64,000 nucleotides of DNA from Xylographa opegraphella (lineage: Eukaryota). Under the pieces are notes generated by a model, which ran no database searches, was not told the DNA's origin, and saw nothing but the letters and a program-made list of their open reading frames with translations. A program made the translations under genes and the position numbers. Positions 1-11,874 of this stretch are shown here, one piece after another (positions within the stretch are counted from its first letter, which is position 1; each line of letters starts with the position of its first letter). Where the stretch lies: assembly GCA_022813865.1 (NCBI GenBank), contig JALDZX010000008.1:186001-250000 (forward strand), read 5' to 3'.

Positions 1-45
1 TTTGCTATTACTAGCGAAGGGATTGGTGAGAATTCTGACTGTTCA

Positions 46-1144
46 ATGTTAACAATCGAGAGAGTCAAAGAAGCTAGCTTACGACACAATACCGACCCAA
101 ATATTACATTTTTAACTACCTCTTGTTTCGGAGGTGGTTGGGTGCAATCCCTTTACCTAAATACAACCGGGGTTAACGACGATCAAGAACTTCTCTCGTG
201 GCCGATATCCGAGTCACTGTCTCGCTGCTGTGGGCCTAGATTTGCGAGTGGTATTGCATGGGCGCTGATAAAGCAAGAGATCCAAGGCATTCGGCGGGCC
301 ACTGATGAAGGCGAAGAGTTGAGACAATCCCCTACATTAACTTCACTAGTAGCCACAACCCACCAGACTTTGAAGGAAAAGGTTGACCCACGAGAACCTT
401 ACAACAGCTCATATTCTGCCAAAGACGATCTGTGGGGTACTGACTATCGGGTGCGAACTGGACTGCCGCTAGCCAGCTTTGAGCAGCGGTATAATACCTT
501 AAAATATGTTACCGAAAGGCAGCATGGATCTGGGTCAAAATATCCCACTGTTAGATTTACAGAGTTAGTGAATATATTCATATATGCAACAGAATACCGA
601 CTCAAGCGCATGGCCCTGGAGTATTTGAACAGCAAGCCAGGACCCGAAGAAGCAGCGACGAACCACTCTGTGCACCACAACTACAGACATCATAAACAGC
701 AAAAGCCTACCGCTCAAGAGCTTGGATACCTGTTGGCAGAATTGATATATCGCCTCAAGACTGTCATTGTACGTGCAACGGAATACAAAGATCGCCTTGG
801 CCTGATTTACCCAGATTGCCTCGAGTGCGACGTATGGGAATATGCGTCGAGAAATGCAACAGATCCAGAAACGGATGCCAGATGTGACGAAATTTTTGAC
901 ATGATAAACCTCCGAGAGCTCTTCGATGAGCCGTCCGACCACGAAAGTCACGCCTTTGCTTAGAGCTGCAGTTACCTCGCTATGGTTTGGACCGAGTCCA
1001 GGTGGAGCACCACCCAGATTGAAGTGGCTATGGACGGCTTGGCCGATTTCAACGAAGAGCAGAATCGCCACCTTCGCTGCGAGATGCTTTAGGTTTTGGC
1101 AGAACCAAGATGTGCGGGCCAGGCTCGGCACCTTCAAGTTGTAA
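46..1144 (+). pseudogene. Disrupted, 5'-incomplete fungal hypothetical protein gene
   Basis: 305-aa ORF stops at TAG 961-963, but protein-like sequence continues in the same frame (*SCSYLAMVWTESRWSTTQIEVAMDGLADF) and later appears to shift frame. Contains a TTSCFGGGW motif. The true N-terminus is probably outside the window. Confidence 0.5.
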
Positions 1145-1905
1145 CTGCAACAGTATTTCGAGTATAAGAGAGAAGTTCAGTCAAAGGCGAAGGAACTCAT
1201 CGTTGACACGCCTCTTCTGTGGATTTTCCCGAAACAGCATATAGAATAAGTTGTGGAAGAAGAGTAACGCGTTGAAGATCCTAGGGGGCTTGGAGGTCTA
1301 TTTTATTATAGCAGCAAAAATAGATGATCAAATTGCGGATTGGTCCATGGAAAGTCTATAGACTTACGAAATATATAACTGTACGTTTAACGACTTTTCC
1401 AACTCGCGTATTGCAGAAAGAAATATATAACTTATTAATAAATTTTTCGATTACGAAATTCGCGTACATGCTCGGACATAAGCTGGTGCGGTTAGATATG
1501 CCGGTGCAGGTTGTGGAGAACGCCAGATCAAAGAGATGTCTGGGGAGTTGGGTTCGATAGAATGCTATTGTTGGGGCGCTTGGTATCCACTGCAAGGGGA
1601 TCTATCGTTGCTGGATTCTATAAGTTAACAGATACATAATGCGTAGCTTTACGGATATCATTACGGTGTTTAACAACTGTATGACATTGTATTATGACAA
1701 GAGACCCCTTGTTCCATAACGAGCTTCTTGAGCACGCGAATATGGTCGAGCCTAGTCCCAATAAGGCTGAAAAGGCAAACCCGGAGCGGAACAAATCTCC
1801 TCCAGTAGATAGTCGTAGCTTTTTGTATTCCCCCATCGTCCGCCTGAAGACATTCACCATCCAGCGCACCTTGCCAAGCCCAAGACTCCAGCTTCTCGAG
1901 GTTCA

Positions 1906-2588
1906 ATGTCACTCGCCAGAGCACCAACTGGCCCCCGACCAGCCCAAGAACTCCAAGGCGGTGTGACTCTTCCGCCCACTCCTGGTAAATTCTGCCATGC
2001 ACCCCCCCCTCTTCCGTCCCGCACCCCCCCACTAAAACCCGCCCAGAAAAAATCGCCGCCAAATTCGACCTCTCCATCGCACTCACGCTCTCCGCCTGGC
2101 CAGCGCTCTCGCTCGCGGTGCAAAACTCCTGGGGCGGTCCGGACTCAGCCGAGAAGCGCGAGTGGTTCGCGGGCGCCATTTCGGAGCTGCTGGCGGCGAC
2201 GCCGGACGCGGATGTCGACTACCTCGAGGAGTTCATGCTGCAGGTGATGAACGACGAGTTCGACGTGAATCTGGAGGACGGGAGTGCGGAGGAGGTGGCG
2301 GCGAAGATTGTGGGGCTGCGGAAGTTGACGGCGAGGGGCGATTTTGGGATGGTGGATGAGATGTTCGCGCGGTGGGAGGAGAGGCAAAGGAAGGGGGGAG
2401 GGGAGGTGGGGGCGAGGTTTGTGGAGGAGGAGGAGGAGGAGGAAAGCGACTTTGATACCCAGGATTGGGAGGATGGCGTAGATGTGGAGATGGGGGAAGC
2501 GCCGGATCTCGTAAAGGTGCCCGTTGAAAAGCCACCACCTGAAGTGGATGACGAGGGCTTTACGAAGGTGACGGGGAAGAAGAAGTGA
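1906..2588 (+). CDS. TSR2: Pre-rRNA-processing protein Tsr2 (eS26 escortin)
   Basis: Exon 1 1906-1984, intron 1985-2046 (GTAAAT...CCCAG), exon 2 reads EKIAAKFDLSIALTLSAWPALSLAVQNSWGGPDSAEKREWF...DEFDVNLEDGS. WGG motif, acidic tail and DDEGFTKV C-terminus are typical of Tsr2. Confidence 0.92.
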
Positions 2589-3028
2589 TGACGGCCGCAA
2601 GATCTGATTTGCATGGGAGTGGCGCAATAGCTGGGAAATAGAGCCAACTGCATTATGAGAAATTCGGGGCTCGACCATGTATATAATATCTTTCGGAGCC
2701 GTTGCTCAAGAATTGTACTCAATCTAGGCTTGATTGCACAGACAAAGTTTGGTAGAGCCAAATTCTCTGATGGCTCAGTGCTACCTAAACTCAGCAGGGT
2801 ATCTATCGCGGTATCCTTCAGTGTGAAGTAACAACCCAAAGTCCCCAAACAATTTCCAGACACCAGTCAATTAAGACTGCGGGTTCTTGGTGCATTACCG
2901 CCGATATCCTTCCAGATGCATTTACTCTATCGTCTGAGCGTTGTTTTCCAAGTCATTTCAATCATAAAATAGCACGAAACTCATCAAGTATCCCGGTATA
3001 CAGAGTTGATACATAGATCAGAATATCG

Positions 3029-6000
3029 CTAGACCACCTGACGAAGAACAGGATATTGTTGGATCAGAGCGGGTTGGTTTTGGTATACGAATTTCACAAG
3101 CTGCACAAGTTGCTCTCGTGTTGTAGTCGTCAACTGAGCCTCTGGTGGACCCATGACGTGAGCGACGATAGGAAGAAGCTGTGGCGTCAGACCGAGCATG
3201 GTATCGTTACCAGAAGAGTCTAGAATGGTGCAAGTCAGATACAAGTAGATACAAGTATGGAGGATCATCGATGTGAAAACTTACAGAGCTTTATAATCAT
3301 GCTGAAAATTGGCTCGTTTTCCTCATAATCTTCCTTCAGAGGAAGAAGGCTGATGAGAGCCGGTAGAACTTCGCCGAGAGGAATATTTTCAGGATGCTTC
3401 ATGATCATCCGGCTTATACAACCCGCAGCGTTGTCCAGTTGCCTTGATTCTTGTGTCTGGAGGAGTGGTTCAAGCTTCATGAGAATTGGATTATATGCTC
3501 GCTTGATCTCATTGTCCTTATCCGAGTACTCGACGAGAAGTCCGATAGCGAAAGCAGCATTAGATTTAGCCAAGGGATCCTCGTCACTCATACGATGCAG
3601 TAAGACTTTGAGTAGGGTAGAAGTGAATGGGGTGACAGCTTTGCCCATTCCACGTATAGCGTCAGCAATAGTCCCTATGGCAGCGCTTCTTTGAGCGTTT
3701 TCGCTGCTACTGGCGTACTGTAGCAACGGCTTTTCTAGAACCTTCCACAATGGTGCGAATCGGTCGCCAATGGCGGCGGCGAGAGTTGCTATCACGTCCA
3801 GTGCTGAGTCGACTATGTACCAATCATCTTCCGAAGATTCTTGGGGGATATCGCCTTCCTCTGGGTCATCGTCGTCCTCCAATTGACATGGATGTGTCTT
3901 CTTAAGGAGCGCAAGCAGCACTTCCGCGGCTTTCTCGATGGTTTTATCCTCCGAGACTATGGCTGGCCCGCAAAGCTTGAGTGTGTCTGCAAGGCTGCGA
4001 TTGATCTCCAATATGACACTACTATATGCCCCGGTGATCAGTATCTTCGTAAGGTTATTGCCAAGTATGTGATAGTAACAAGGTATAGATTCAGGAACAG
4101 ATTCGTTTTCGCATCAATCGCAATTAGCGTCTGAGTGAGCTGGGATTAACGACATAGATGTCATCATAATACAAATTCACGCACAATATGCGTACTCTAG
4201 TTGACAGAAAAAGAAGGTGCGCTTACCTATCGTCCTCTTCTTTCCATAACTCAACGACAGCTTTCATCACAACATTGCCAAGTTTCTTGATATCATCTGA
4301 GGGTTGAACTTTCAGAGGCAACCCTGGCTGCCACTTCTGAAGATGTTCGTCCTGTAGCTGCCAAAGAGTCGCATAGGCTCGGAAAAGTGTTCCGATTGCG
4401 GCTCGTCTTACCAATTCGTAAGAACTACCCACAAGTTGCAGAATCAACTCGATACTCTTTGCCAAGTATGGAAGATACTCTTTCTTCGTGTGAGAGATGA
4501 GGTCCGCCATGGCTTCCAGAGCGACCTCCTGCTCTTCCACGACCGTTGAGATACCTGCCAGATCATCCCAATCAGCATCTTCGTCGTCAGTCATCTCGTC
4601 CATCTCGTCATATGAGTCGTCCCCGGAAATCTCGTCACCACTCTTGGACCCTACAACTTTCACCTTCTTTCCGGCAATGACGACTTCTTTACCAATAAGG
4701 TCATCGGCTGTTTCGCCCAACTCCACATCCACAGGTTCATCCACCTCTTCTAATGTCTTGAACAGCGCTTGTACCACACCTGGCAGGAAGGATTTGAAGT
4801 TTTCCTCATAAACTTTTGCCAAAGTACCCCAGAACAGATATCCAGTTTCTTTAAGCCTGGAATTGTCAAGATGTAGCCCTTCTTCAGTAGATTCCATCAA
4901 AGGTTGGACATAACGCTTGAATGCTTCTGGTCCAACTGCCGAAGCTAAGTTACCCATAGCATCAAGCGTCATACAACGTAAATCTAACTCTTCGTCGTCC
5001 TCCTTTATGTGAACAAATTCGGAAAGAGAGTTCATAGTCTGCTCAAAATAAGGCAGAAACGCGTCTTTGGCGCACTCGGCAATAGAGCCAACAGCACCAA
5101 TAGCAGCTGACTTGATTTTGTTTTCCGGATGAGCGAATAAGCGACTTAGATGTGGGACGATTCCGGGAAGATATTCCTTGATATCTTCAGGTTCCAAACC
5201 GTCGACCAGCGAGTCGATAGCGGAACAGCAATTGACAACAATGTTTATGTTGATTTTACCATCAGGTCCATCCAAATTGCCCATGGCGGCATTGAGGTTA
5301 TGTACCAATGCGGAAATATACTTTTGATGCTCTTTGCCCATGGTTTCGGAAAGGTGATCAGCAAGCAATTTTACTCCGTCTGTAGCTGCTTCGCGGACTT
5401 TGATCTCAGGGTCCTCTAGCAGTCGAAGTATGATCGGATTCAATTCCGTGAGCTGAGTATCAATGAATTCTGGCGCGCCTTCCGTAGAAGTACCCAACGC
5501 TGCAATACCGGCTTGTCTCTCGCGAGTGTTTGCGCTTACGGAGTACACCTTGAAAATCTGAAGCAAAGGAACTATAATCTGGCTTGGTGGAAGATTTTGA
5601 GCCATGAAAGTTATCAGGCTCAAGACCAGGAGGGCCGTTGAGAAGCTATCATCAGCGTCATCAGAATGATCTGCGGCCTCGGCCAGAATCTTCAGAAGAA
5701 CTGCAGTCAATTGCTCTCCGACTCTCAAACCTTGAAACTTGAGTTTGCGGTACAAGACACAATTGATCAAGAAATTTAATGCTTGACCGCGGGTCTCTTT
5801 TCCCAGACTCACTTCTGATGAGAGCTGTATCATGAACTGCACAAGGTCCCGGAAGTGCACATTCAAAAGTTTGGAATCGCAATCAAGCAAAGACTGGAAT
5901 ACTTCAAAGCCACGCATTATCCTGTCTTCGTCCCCGGCTTCAATTGCTTGCTTGAGTGTTGCTACCATGTTTGGCAGTGCACTTTGAAACATCTCGAGAG

Positions 6001-6660
6001 ATTCCTCATCATTGTCAGCATCGAGCAGGAAGCCCAGCTTACTGAGAGCCAACATGGTATTCATCCTAACATCTGCACTATCAGGGTCATGGATGGTTTT
6101 GCTGAACAATCCAAAGAGCTCATGGAACCGATGCATGAAGCCATCACCGATGGACTCAAGAATGGTGAAGAGAATATATGTGCTGACTTCCCGCTCCTCG
6201 GGACTCCCAGTCTCCGCAGCGTGTTGCAAAATTTCGGGAAGATCAACCCATTCCCCATTTTCAACGTCTATCTTTGCAATTTCAGAAATTACACGGGCAG
6301 CAGCATGGCGGACTATGGCAGTTCGTTCGCTGAGTGTTGACTGTAAAATATGGCCACGTATTTGTGCTTTGAGGGCAGCGGGCACTGCAGCCCAGTGTCT
6401 CCCGACAAGGGAACGCGCCTGAGTTGCAGCAAGTTGACGTAATTGGGGTGAATCATGCGAGGAGAGGATTTGGAGTAGAAGCGTTAACGATTGGGGGGAA
6501 GTGTAGTAATCTTTGCGTAGCGTATCTGTTGCTGCTTTGACGCGTGTTGTATCGGCTGTAGCAACGCATCAGCACTTTTGTAGAGTACTTCATTGGGCAC
6601 AAGACTCGACTTACGTGCCAGCACACTCTCGAGGAGTTGAAGAAATTTTGCCTGATCCAT
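3029..6660 (-). CDS. KAP123: Importin beta-4 / karyopherin Kap123 (HEAT repeats)
   Basis: Start MDQAKFLQLLESVLAPDTTRVKAAT at 6660. Introns 6614-6556, 4226-4022 and 3284-3220. HEAT-repeat helices, acidic insert, C-terminal DNAAGCISRMI and LPLKEDYEE motifs. Confidence 0.9.
4088..4172 (-). ncRNA. snR71: Intronic box C/D snoRNA, snR71-like (predicted guide for 25S rRNA Am2946, yeast numbering)
   Basis: Minus strand: box C ATGATGA (4167-4161), guide CCCAGCTCAC (4144-4135) + T + D' box CAGA (4133-4130), C'-like GATTGATG, box D CTGA (4094-4091). The guide is complementary to conserved LSU rRNA GUGAGCUGGG, and the D'+5 rule points to the A. Lies in the 205-nt KAP123 intron. Confidence 0.85.
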
Positions 6661-7061
6661 GGCTGAGAGTACTGATCCCCGAGCAACAAAGGATAACGAC
6701 AGGTATCAGTGGTCAGAACTTTCAGAGCATCAAAGGGTCAACGACAGTCAGAACAGCCGCATTGCAGAATGTGTGTTGTGCGTTGCGAACTTTTTTGTGC
6801 AGACGATTGCAGGGATGGTAATCTACACCGAGCACTAAGCCGCTTACAGCAAGTGTGAAAAATGGTAAGGTACGGTAAGGAAAGGTAGCTCGGGTAGGTA
6901 GACACTAGCAGTGCACATATCAACTAGGCCTTTGTCTGTATAGCTGGTATAGTTGTCGTCCACAAAATATGTAGATCACATAAACCATTGCATACGTCTA
7001 TTGTGTCTACATACAAAAAGTCCGATATTTCATTGTGAGCCATTTCTAGCAGGTATTGAAC

Positions 7062-10000
7062 TCAGTAGTCATCGGAATCGTAGTCTTCTTCAGGTAGCAG
7101 TGCTCTATATCGTCTTGCAGCCATATCCTCGTCCAAACCACCATCAGACTCTGGGTCCCAGTAGCCTAGATTTGGCACGTTAGCCAACGTCGTCATACAG
7201 GAACTAAGCAAGAATGCATGGGTAGGATTGCTTACCGTCGCCTCCTACCAAGCTCAAAGCGACAGGTAGGAATATCAGTGCGTGTGTTGCTGCCCATCCG
7301 ACGAGCGCCAGCCAAACTCTAAAGTAGTAAATCTCGAAGATTTTGCTGCGTGTGAAGGCTAGCACTGACACTCCCAATAGTTTTGTTACAGTAATTCCGC
7401 TGAAAACGCTCCCACCAACATTTACAAGCGCTGCCCAGGCTCTGGCATCTCTGCCGTGGAACTGATTTTTGGCCGTCTCCATGACAGTACGCGATGGGAA
7501 CATGAAAGCGCGAGCTATGTGGGCGCAGAATTCGACACCAATCCCTACGCAGATAACGAGATTGACCAGTGAAATTGCATTCAAAGAAACATTCGCGAGC
7601 GCCATAGTGCCGATGATGTCGACAACTATCATGATGACAGTGAGGGTAATCACGGCTCCAGTGGCAAGGGAACCGAGTAGAATCGAAGAAATAATCAGTA
7701 TCAGCGTAAGCGCACAAGCTAGTAAAGAAGCTGTGAGATCAATGATCGAGGCGTATTGGTCGAAAAAAACGTAGAATTTCGAGTACGGGAAAACGGAAAT
7801 GCTTTGATCGGCACTAATGCCATCCGCAATCCGACGCGCAGAAGCATAGGCTGCTATGAATTCTGATTGAGTACGCAGAGGTGTATGGAAAGTTCGGAAA
7901 TGCGTTGCTGGTGTCGTGGTTCGGTCTGTATCGACAACAAGTGCAGTACTGTACGCTGCATTTCCCGCCAATGGACATGTATCAGTTGTGGGGGCTTCGA
8001 GCCATTTTTCTAGATAATGGATGAACTCGCCACCTTCCGGCATACCGTAAAGGGATACGTTCCAAGGCAGTGTCCGATCTTCGAAACATCCCTTTCCATG
8101 CTCCTGGCAGCAATTGTCACTTGACTCCACAGCAGGCTTCAGCCAATAAAAAAAGTCATCTATCCAGCTTGCAGTAGATCCTGAGATGTACGATACGTTG
8201 GATCGCTTAGATTCTTGTTCAAGGACATTGGCCAAAGAGAAAGTTTTGCAAGTTGAGAAGCGACCGCAAAGTTCTTGCTGATGCGTTCGATCGGTGACAT
8301 TGATGTCTCGTGTAACAAAGTAGACAGGCGGACCTGTATTGAAATACTTGTCCAAATCATTGAAGTAGTCAATCAGGTACGAACCAGTAGGTAAGGCAAT
8401 TCTTTGATCGAGCCCTAAGGCCACCTCGGGTATCAAAGATATTCCGGCTGCAAAGAATCCCAAGAACACGACCACGATACCAACTTTGACCTTACGATCC
8501 AATATTGTTGGCGCATAGGTCTTCCGTATAAACCGTTGGAGCATACTCTCGTCGTCCGACTTACAGCCAGCACCACCATGAGCTTGAAGGCCATTTGCTA
8601 CTCTAATCTTGATGAAAGGAACACAATCAACACGGTTGCTCTCGACGCGCCTCTGGTTCAGAGCAAGCACAGCCACAAACATTGTAACTTGTAGCACCGC
8701 ATTGATAAAAACAGCTCCTGCTGCGTATGCTGCAAAATTCTTCACGGCTGGCATACCCACGAACACACCAAGCGCGAATGCTATAGTTTCCGTGGAGGCT
8801 GACAGCAAGATACTTGGTCCCATTCTTCCAAGTGCTTTGGCGATTCGCGAGTCAATCTCCTCATCGGGATAAGCCTGATTTACTCTTTCAAACTCATGAA
8901 CAATAAGGAATATATTATCAACTCCTACAGCAAGAACGAGAAAAGGAATGACTTCGGCAATTATAAGTGTGACTTTTATGCCAGCCGCAGAAAACAGTCC
9001 CACAGATGCTGACACAGACATTAGAACAATAACGATGCCTGCGACTCCAAGGGAGAACTTCGATTGTACTACAGTGTTGCCTGGATTGTTTAGTAGAGAT
9101 CGGAGGGACAAACTGGCAGATCCCAACGCGAAAGAAGCGTAGATGAACATTATAATGTAGCTTATCACCACAATATTGGCATCCGTATTGGTGGATTGGT
9201 TCAGCTCTTCTTCCAGACTGATTTCGGTCGAGAACGACAAACGAAGACCTTTGTTTTCTGCTTCCTTCTGCACAGTCTGCAACAGTTCTTTCAACCTCGA
9301 CTCCCACTTCATCGCACGGCTTTCGGCTTCCGAACCTTGAGGATGATTCGAGATAACCCAAGTCACAATCATGGAATGAGAGTCTAAGATATCTCCAGTA
9401 CTCTCCCAGCCTCCAAGAACGATATCTTTGTCGATAGGTAACTGAAATGCAGGACGGCACGCTGTATCGCCTGGCGATTCTACACATTCTTGGATGTGTT
9501 TCCTCCATTGATGCGGGTAAGTCTTTTTAAAGCCCCCATCAGAATAGAAATAGCCTGTCACAGATTGCACCACACATGCATCTCCTGTCGGATTGAAACA
9601 TACATCAGCGAAGGACACGTCTCCATCTTCTGACTTGAGATTTGCTACTCTTTCTTCTACGTCTGCCCACCATGCCAAAGTGTTGAAAGACAGTACGGGC
9701 CCAGGATTCCCTGCTTGTGAATCGTTTGTAAGAAAAGCTTGTTCTGTCCTATAGAAGGGGCCGAAGTTTGTGTCAAAGAATACTTTTTCCTTGGCAGCAG
9801 CCGAAGATGGGCTGACCCACAAGTGTACAGGATCTGTTTCAATTTCGAAATTGAACCAGCCAAGACTGAGTAACCCGATAATAGCAACACTGATACCGAT
9901 TGTCATCAGCGGATATTGAGCGCAGCTGCTGCCTATTCTGCAGAACAATCTATCACAGTATACATTCAACCAGTATTGCCTTTGTGTACGATCAGAAATG

Positions 10001-11051
10001 ACTGAGTTATGGATAACGTCTCCTTCATCTTCGTCGTCGCTGGGAGCCGCGTCTTGAAGTAACTGCAGTCGTTCGCTTCTTCTCTGACTATGCCTTCGGT
10101 ATGCTACGTGGCCAATGACGGCGGTAATAGCTAAAAGCAGGAATACGCTGTAAATTAGAACAGCTGAGAAAGAAAGACAAGGTAGGACTCCAACATGGCA
10201 GTATCGCTCCGTTACTATCTCTGGCAGCGTCGGACAGACAGCTGGACAATCCACACATGTGCAGCGGAACGCTTCATCAGTGTCATTGCAGGATTTAGTG
10301 GGTAGATCGGACGCTTTCATGCCATCGAGCTCTCGACCTTCAGGTCGAGGGAAGTTGATCTGGAATGGACTGCCAACAAATTTTTTGTCCCCAAGGAATT
10401 TGAGGAACTGAGTATAGTTCTTGGCACCTCCTCCAATGAAGTCCATTGCTTTACCACCAGTTGCCCCGAACTTGATGTCTTTGCAGCTGTCGTAAAATGC
10501 TTTCCCATAATTGTCAGACCAAAGATTGTCCAACTCTGTGACGACCGTTTTCTTCGATGTTGACTGAGCAGTTTCGGTAACATTGACAAAAAGGGACTGG
10601 TCAGGAGAGCAAGTGAAGGTACAAAACAGATTGAAGAAGTTTTCTTTGCAAGCGGGGCATGAGGAGATTATGTTTTCCGCGCTTTTGAGGTTGCTGCCAA
10701 GTGCTTCAATCTACCAATACTTGAGTCAGCCTAGGATTTTAAGGAGATTTCTTGGGACTCTACCTGTTCATCATCGCAACATATGGCACCATCATTCCAT
10801 TTTTCTCCACAAATACCAACCAGTTTCTTCCTTGTTGCTTCGGTAGGTTCCTTTGCGAGGTCATTGTCTGGGCAGGGCAGCTGTTTGCCAAGGAACCCTG
10901 TTTTTCCACACTGTCCTCTAATGGCACACCTGCCAATCTCGTGTTTTATAATCGGCTCATCCCCAAAAACCGGAGAGCATAAGCTCAATAAGACCAGAGC
11001 GGTGAGAAGTAGACAGGATATAAGCCTGGGAGTGGCCGACGATTCCTCCAT
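7062..11051 (-). CDS. NCR1: Niemann-Pick type C1-related sterol transporter (patched/RND, sterol-sensing domain)
   Basis: Signal peptide and Cys-rich N-terminal domain (RCAIRGQCG...LPCPDN), EVIPFLVLAVGVDNIF SSD motif, GIGVEFCAHI motif. Introns ~10763-10711 and ~7235-7167. Last exon ends ...DYDSDDY* at 7062. Confidence 0.95.
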
Positions 11052-11224
11052 TCCGTCGCTCAGGAACAATATGATCCACTTGGATTCGACCTGACTGGTG
11101 CTTTGCACGGTAGAAGAACCTCAAACCATCACATGCAGGAAGCTCTTTTGTGGATAAGAGTACAGTGGCGACGTTGGGCAAAGTCACAACGCGAATCCGA
11201 GACAGCACGAAACGAATGTCGCGT

Positions 11225-11253
11225 GATGCAGATGCAGATGCAGATGCAGATGC
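11225..11253. repeat. Hexanucleotide microsatellite (GATGCA)n upstream of NCR1
   Basis: gatgcagatgcagatgcagatgcagatgca seen directly. Confidence 0.85.
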
Positions 11254-11874
11254 ACAATATACCTGGGGTGATATATTAGAACACTAATGTCGAAATACTT
11301 CAATAAATAGATGTGTTCGTAGTAGCTGCGTACCGCGTGAGCTTTGTCCCTGACGTGTCGACTCGATGACAAGGCAGCACCTTCCCGAGCGAGCATCCTT
11401 AGGATATACTAAAGCCACACCTGTCGTCGATCTAACTTTAAAAAAGTCCGGGGCAAACGCCACAAATGCAGAGCCTCAATTTGCCAGGTCACCACCAACC
11501 ACATCACGAATTATTGAATCTGATCAGGTGTTCCCTGTTCCGAATGTATGATCATGGTGCAGAGAGGATCGAGCAACATGCTTTTCCATCGCTAGAGTAC
11601 ATAGACTACGCCTCAAATTACACAAGCGCTAATCCAGCCATTTGACCTTCTGCCTCAGATGGCTCATTAGCTGTACAGAAGACATGCTAAGCTAGTAGCA
11701 AGATCCCATTATCCTCACCAATCGCCCGCTTTGAACCAGATCCGCAGTTCTTTCTAACTCTAAAAGTGACAGACAAAAGATGTAGTAACCAGACAATCAA
11801 GTGAAACCTTCGAGTGGCCACGATCCTGTTGAAACGAGTCGGAAAACAAAGTCCTATTCACGGAGCTCAGTGTA

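Noticed and set aside
1670..2863. Several long overlapping ORFs on both strands
   Set aside because: Shadow frames of the GC-rich TSR2 gene; low-complexity translations.
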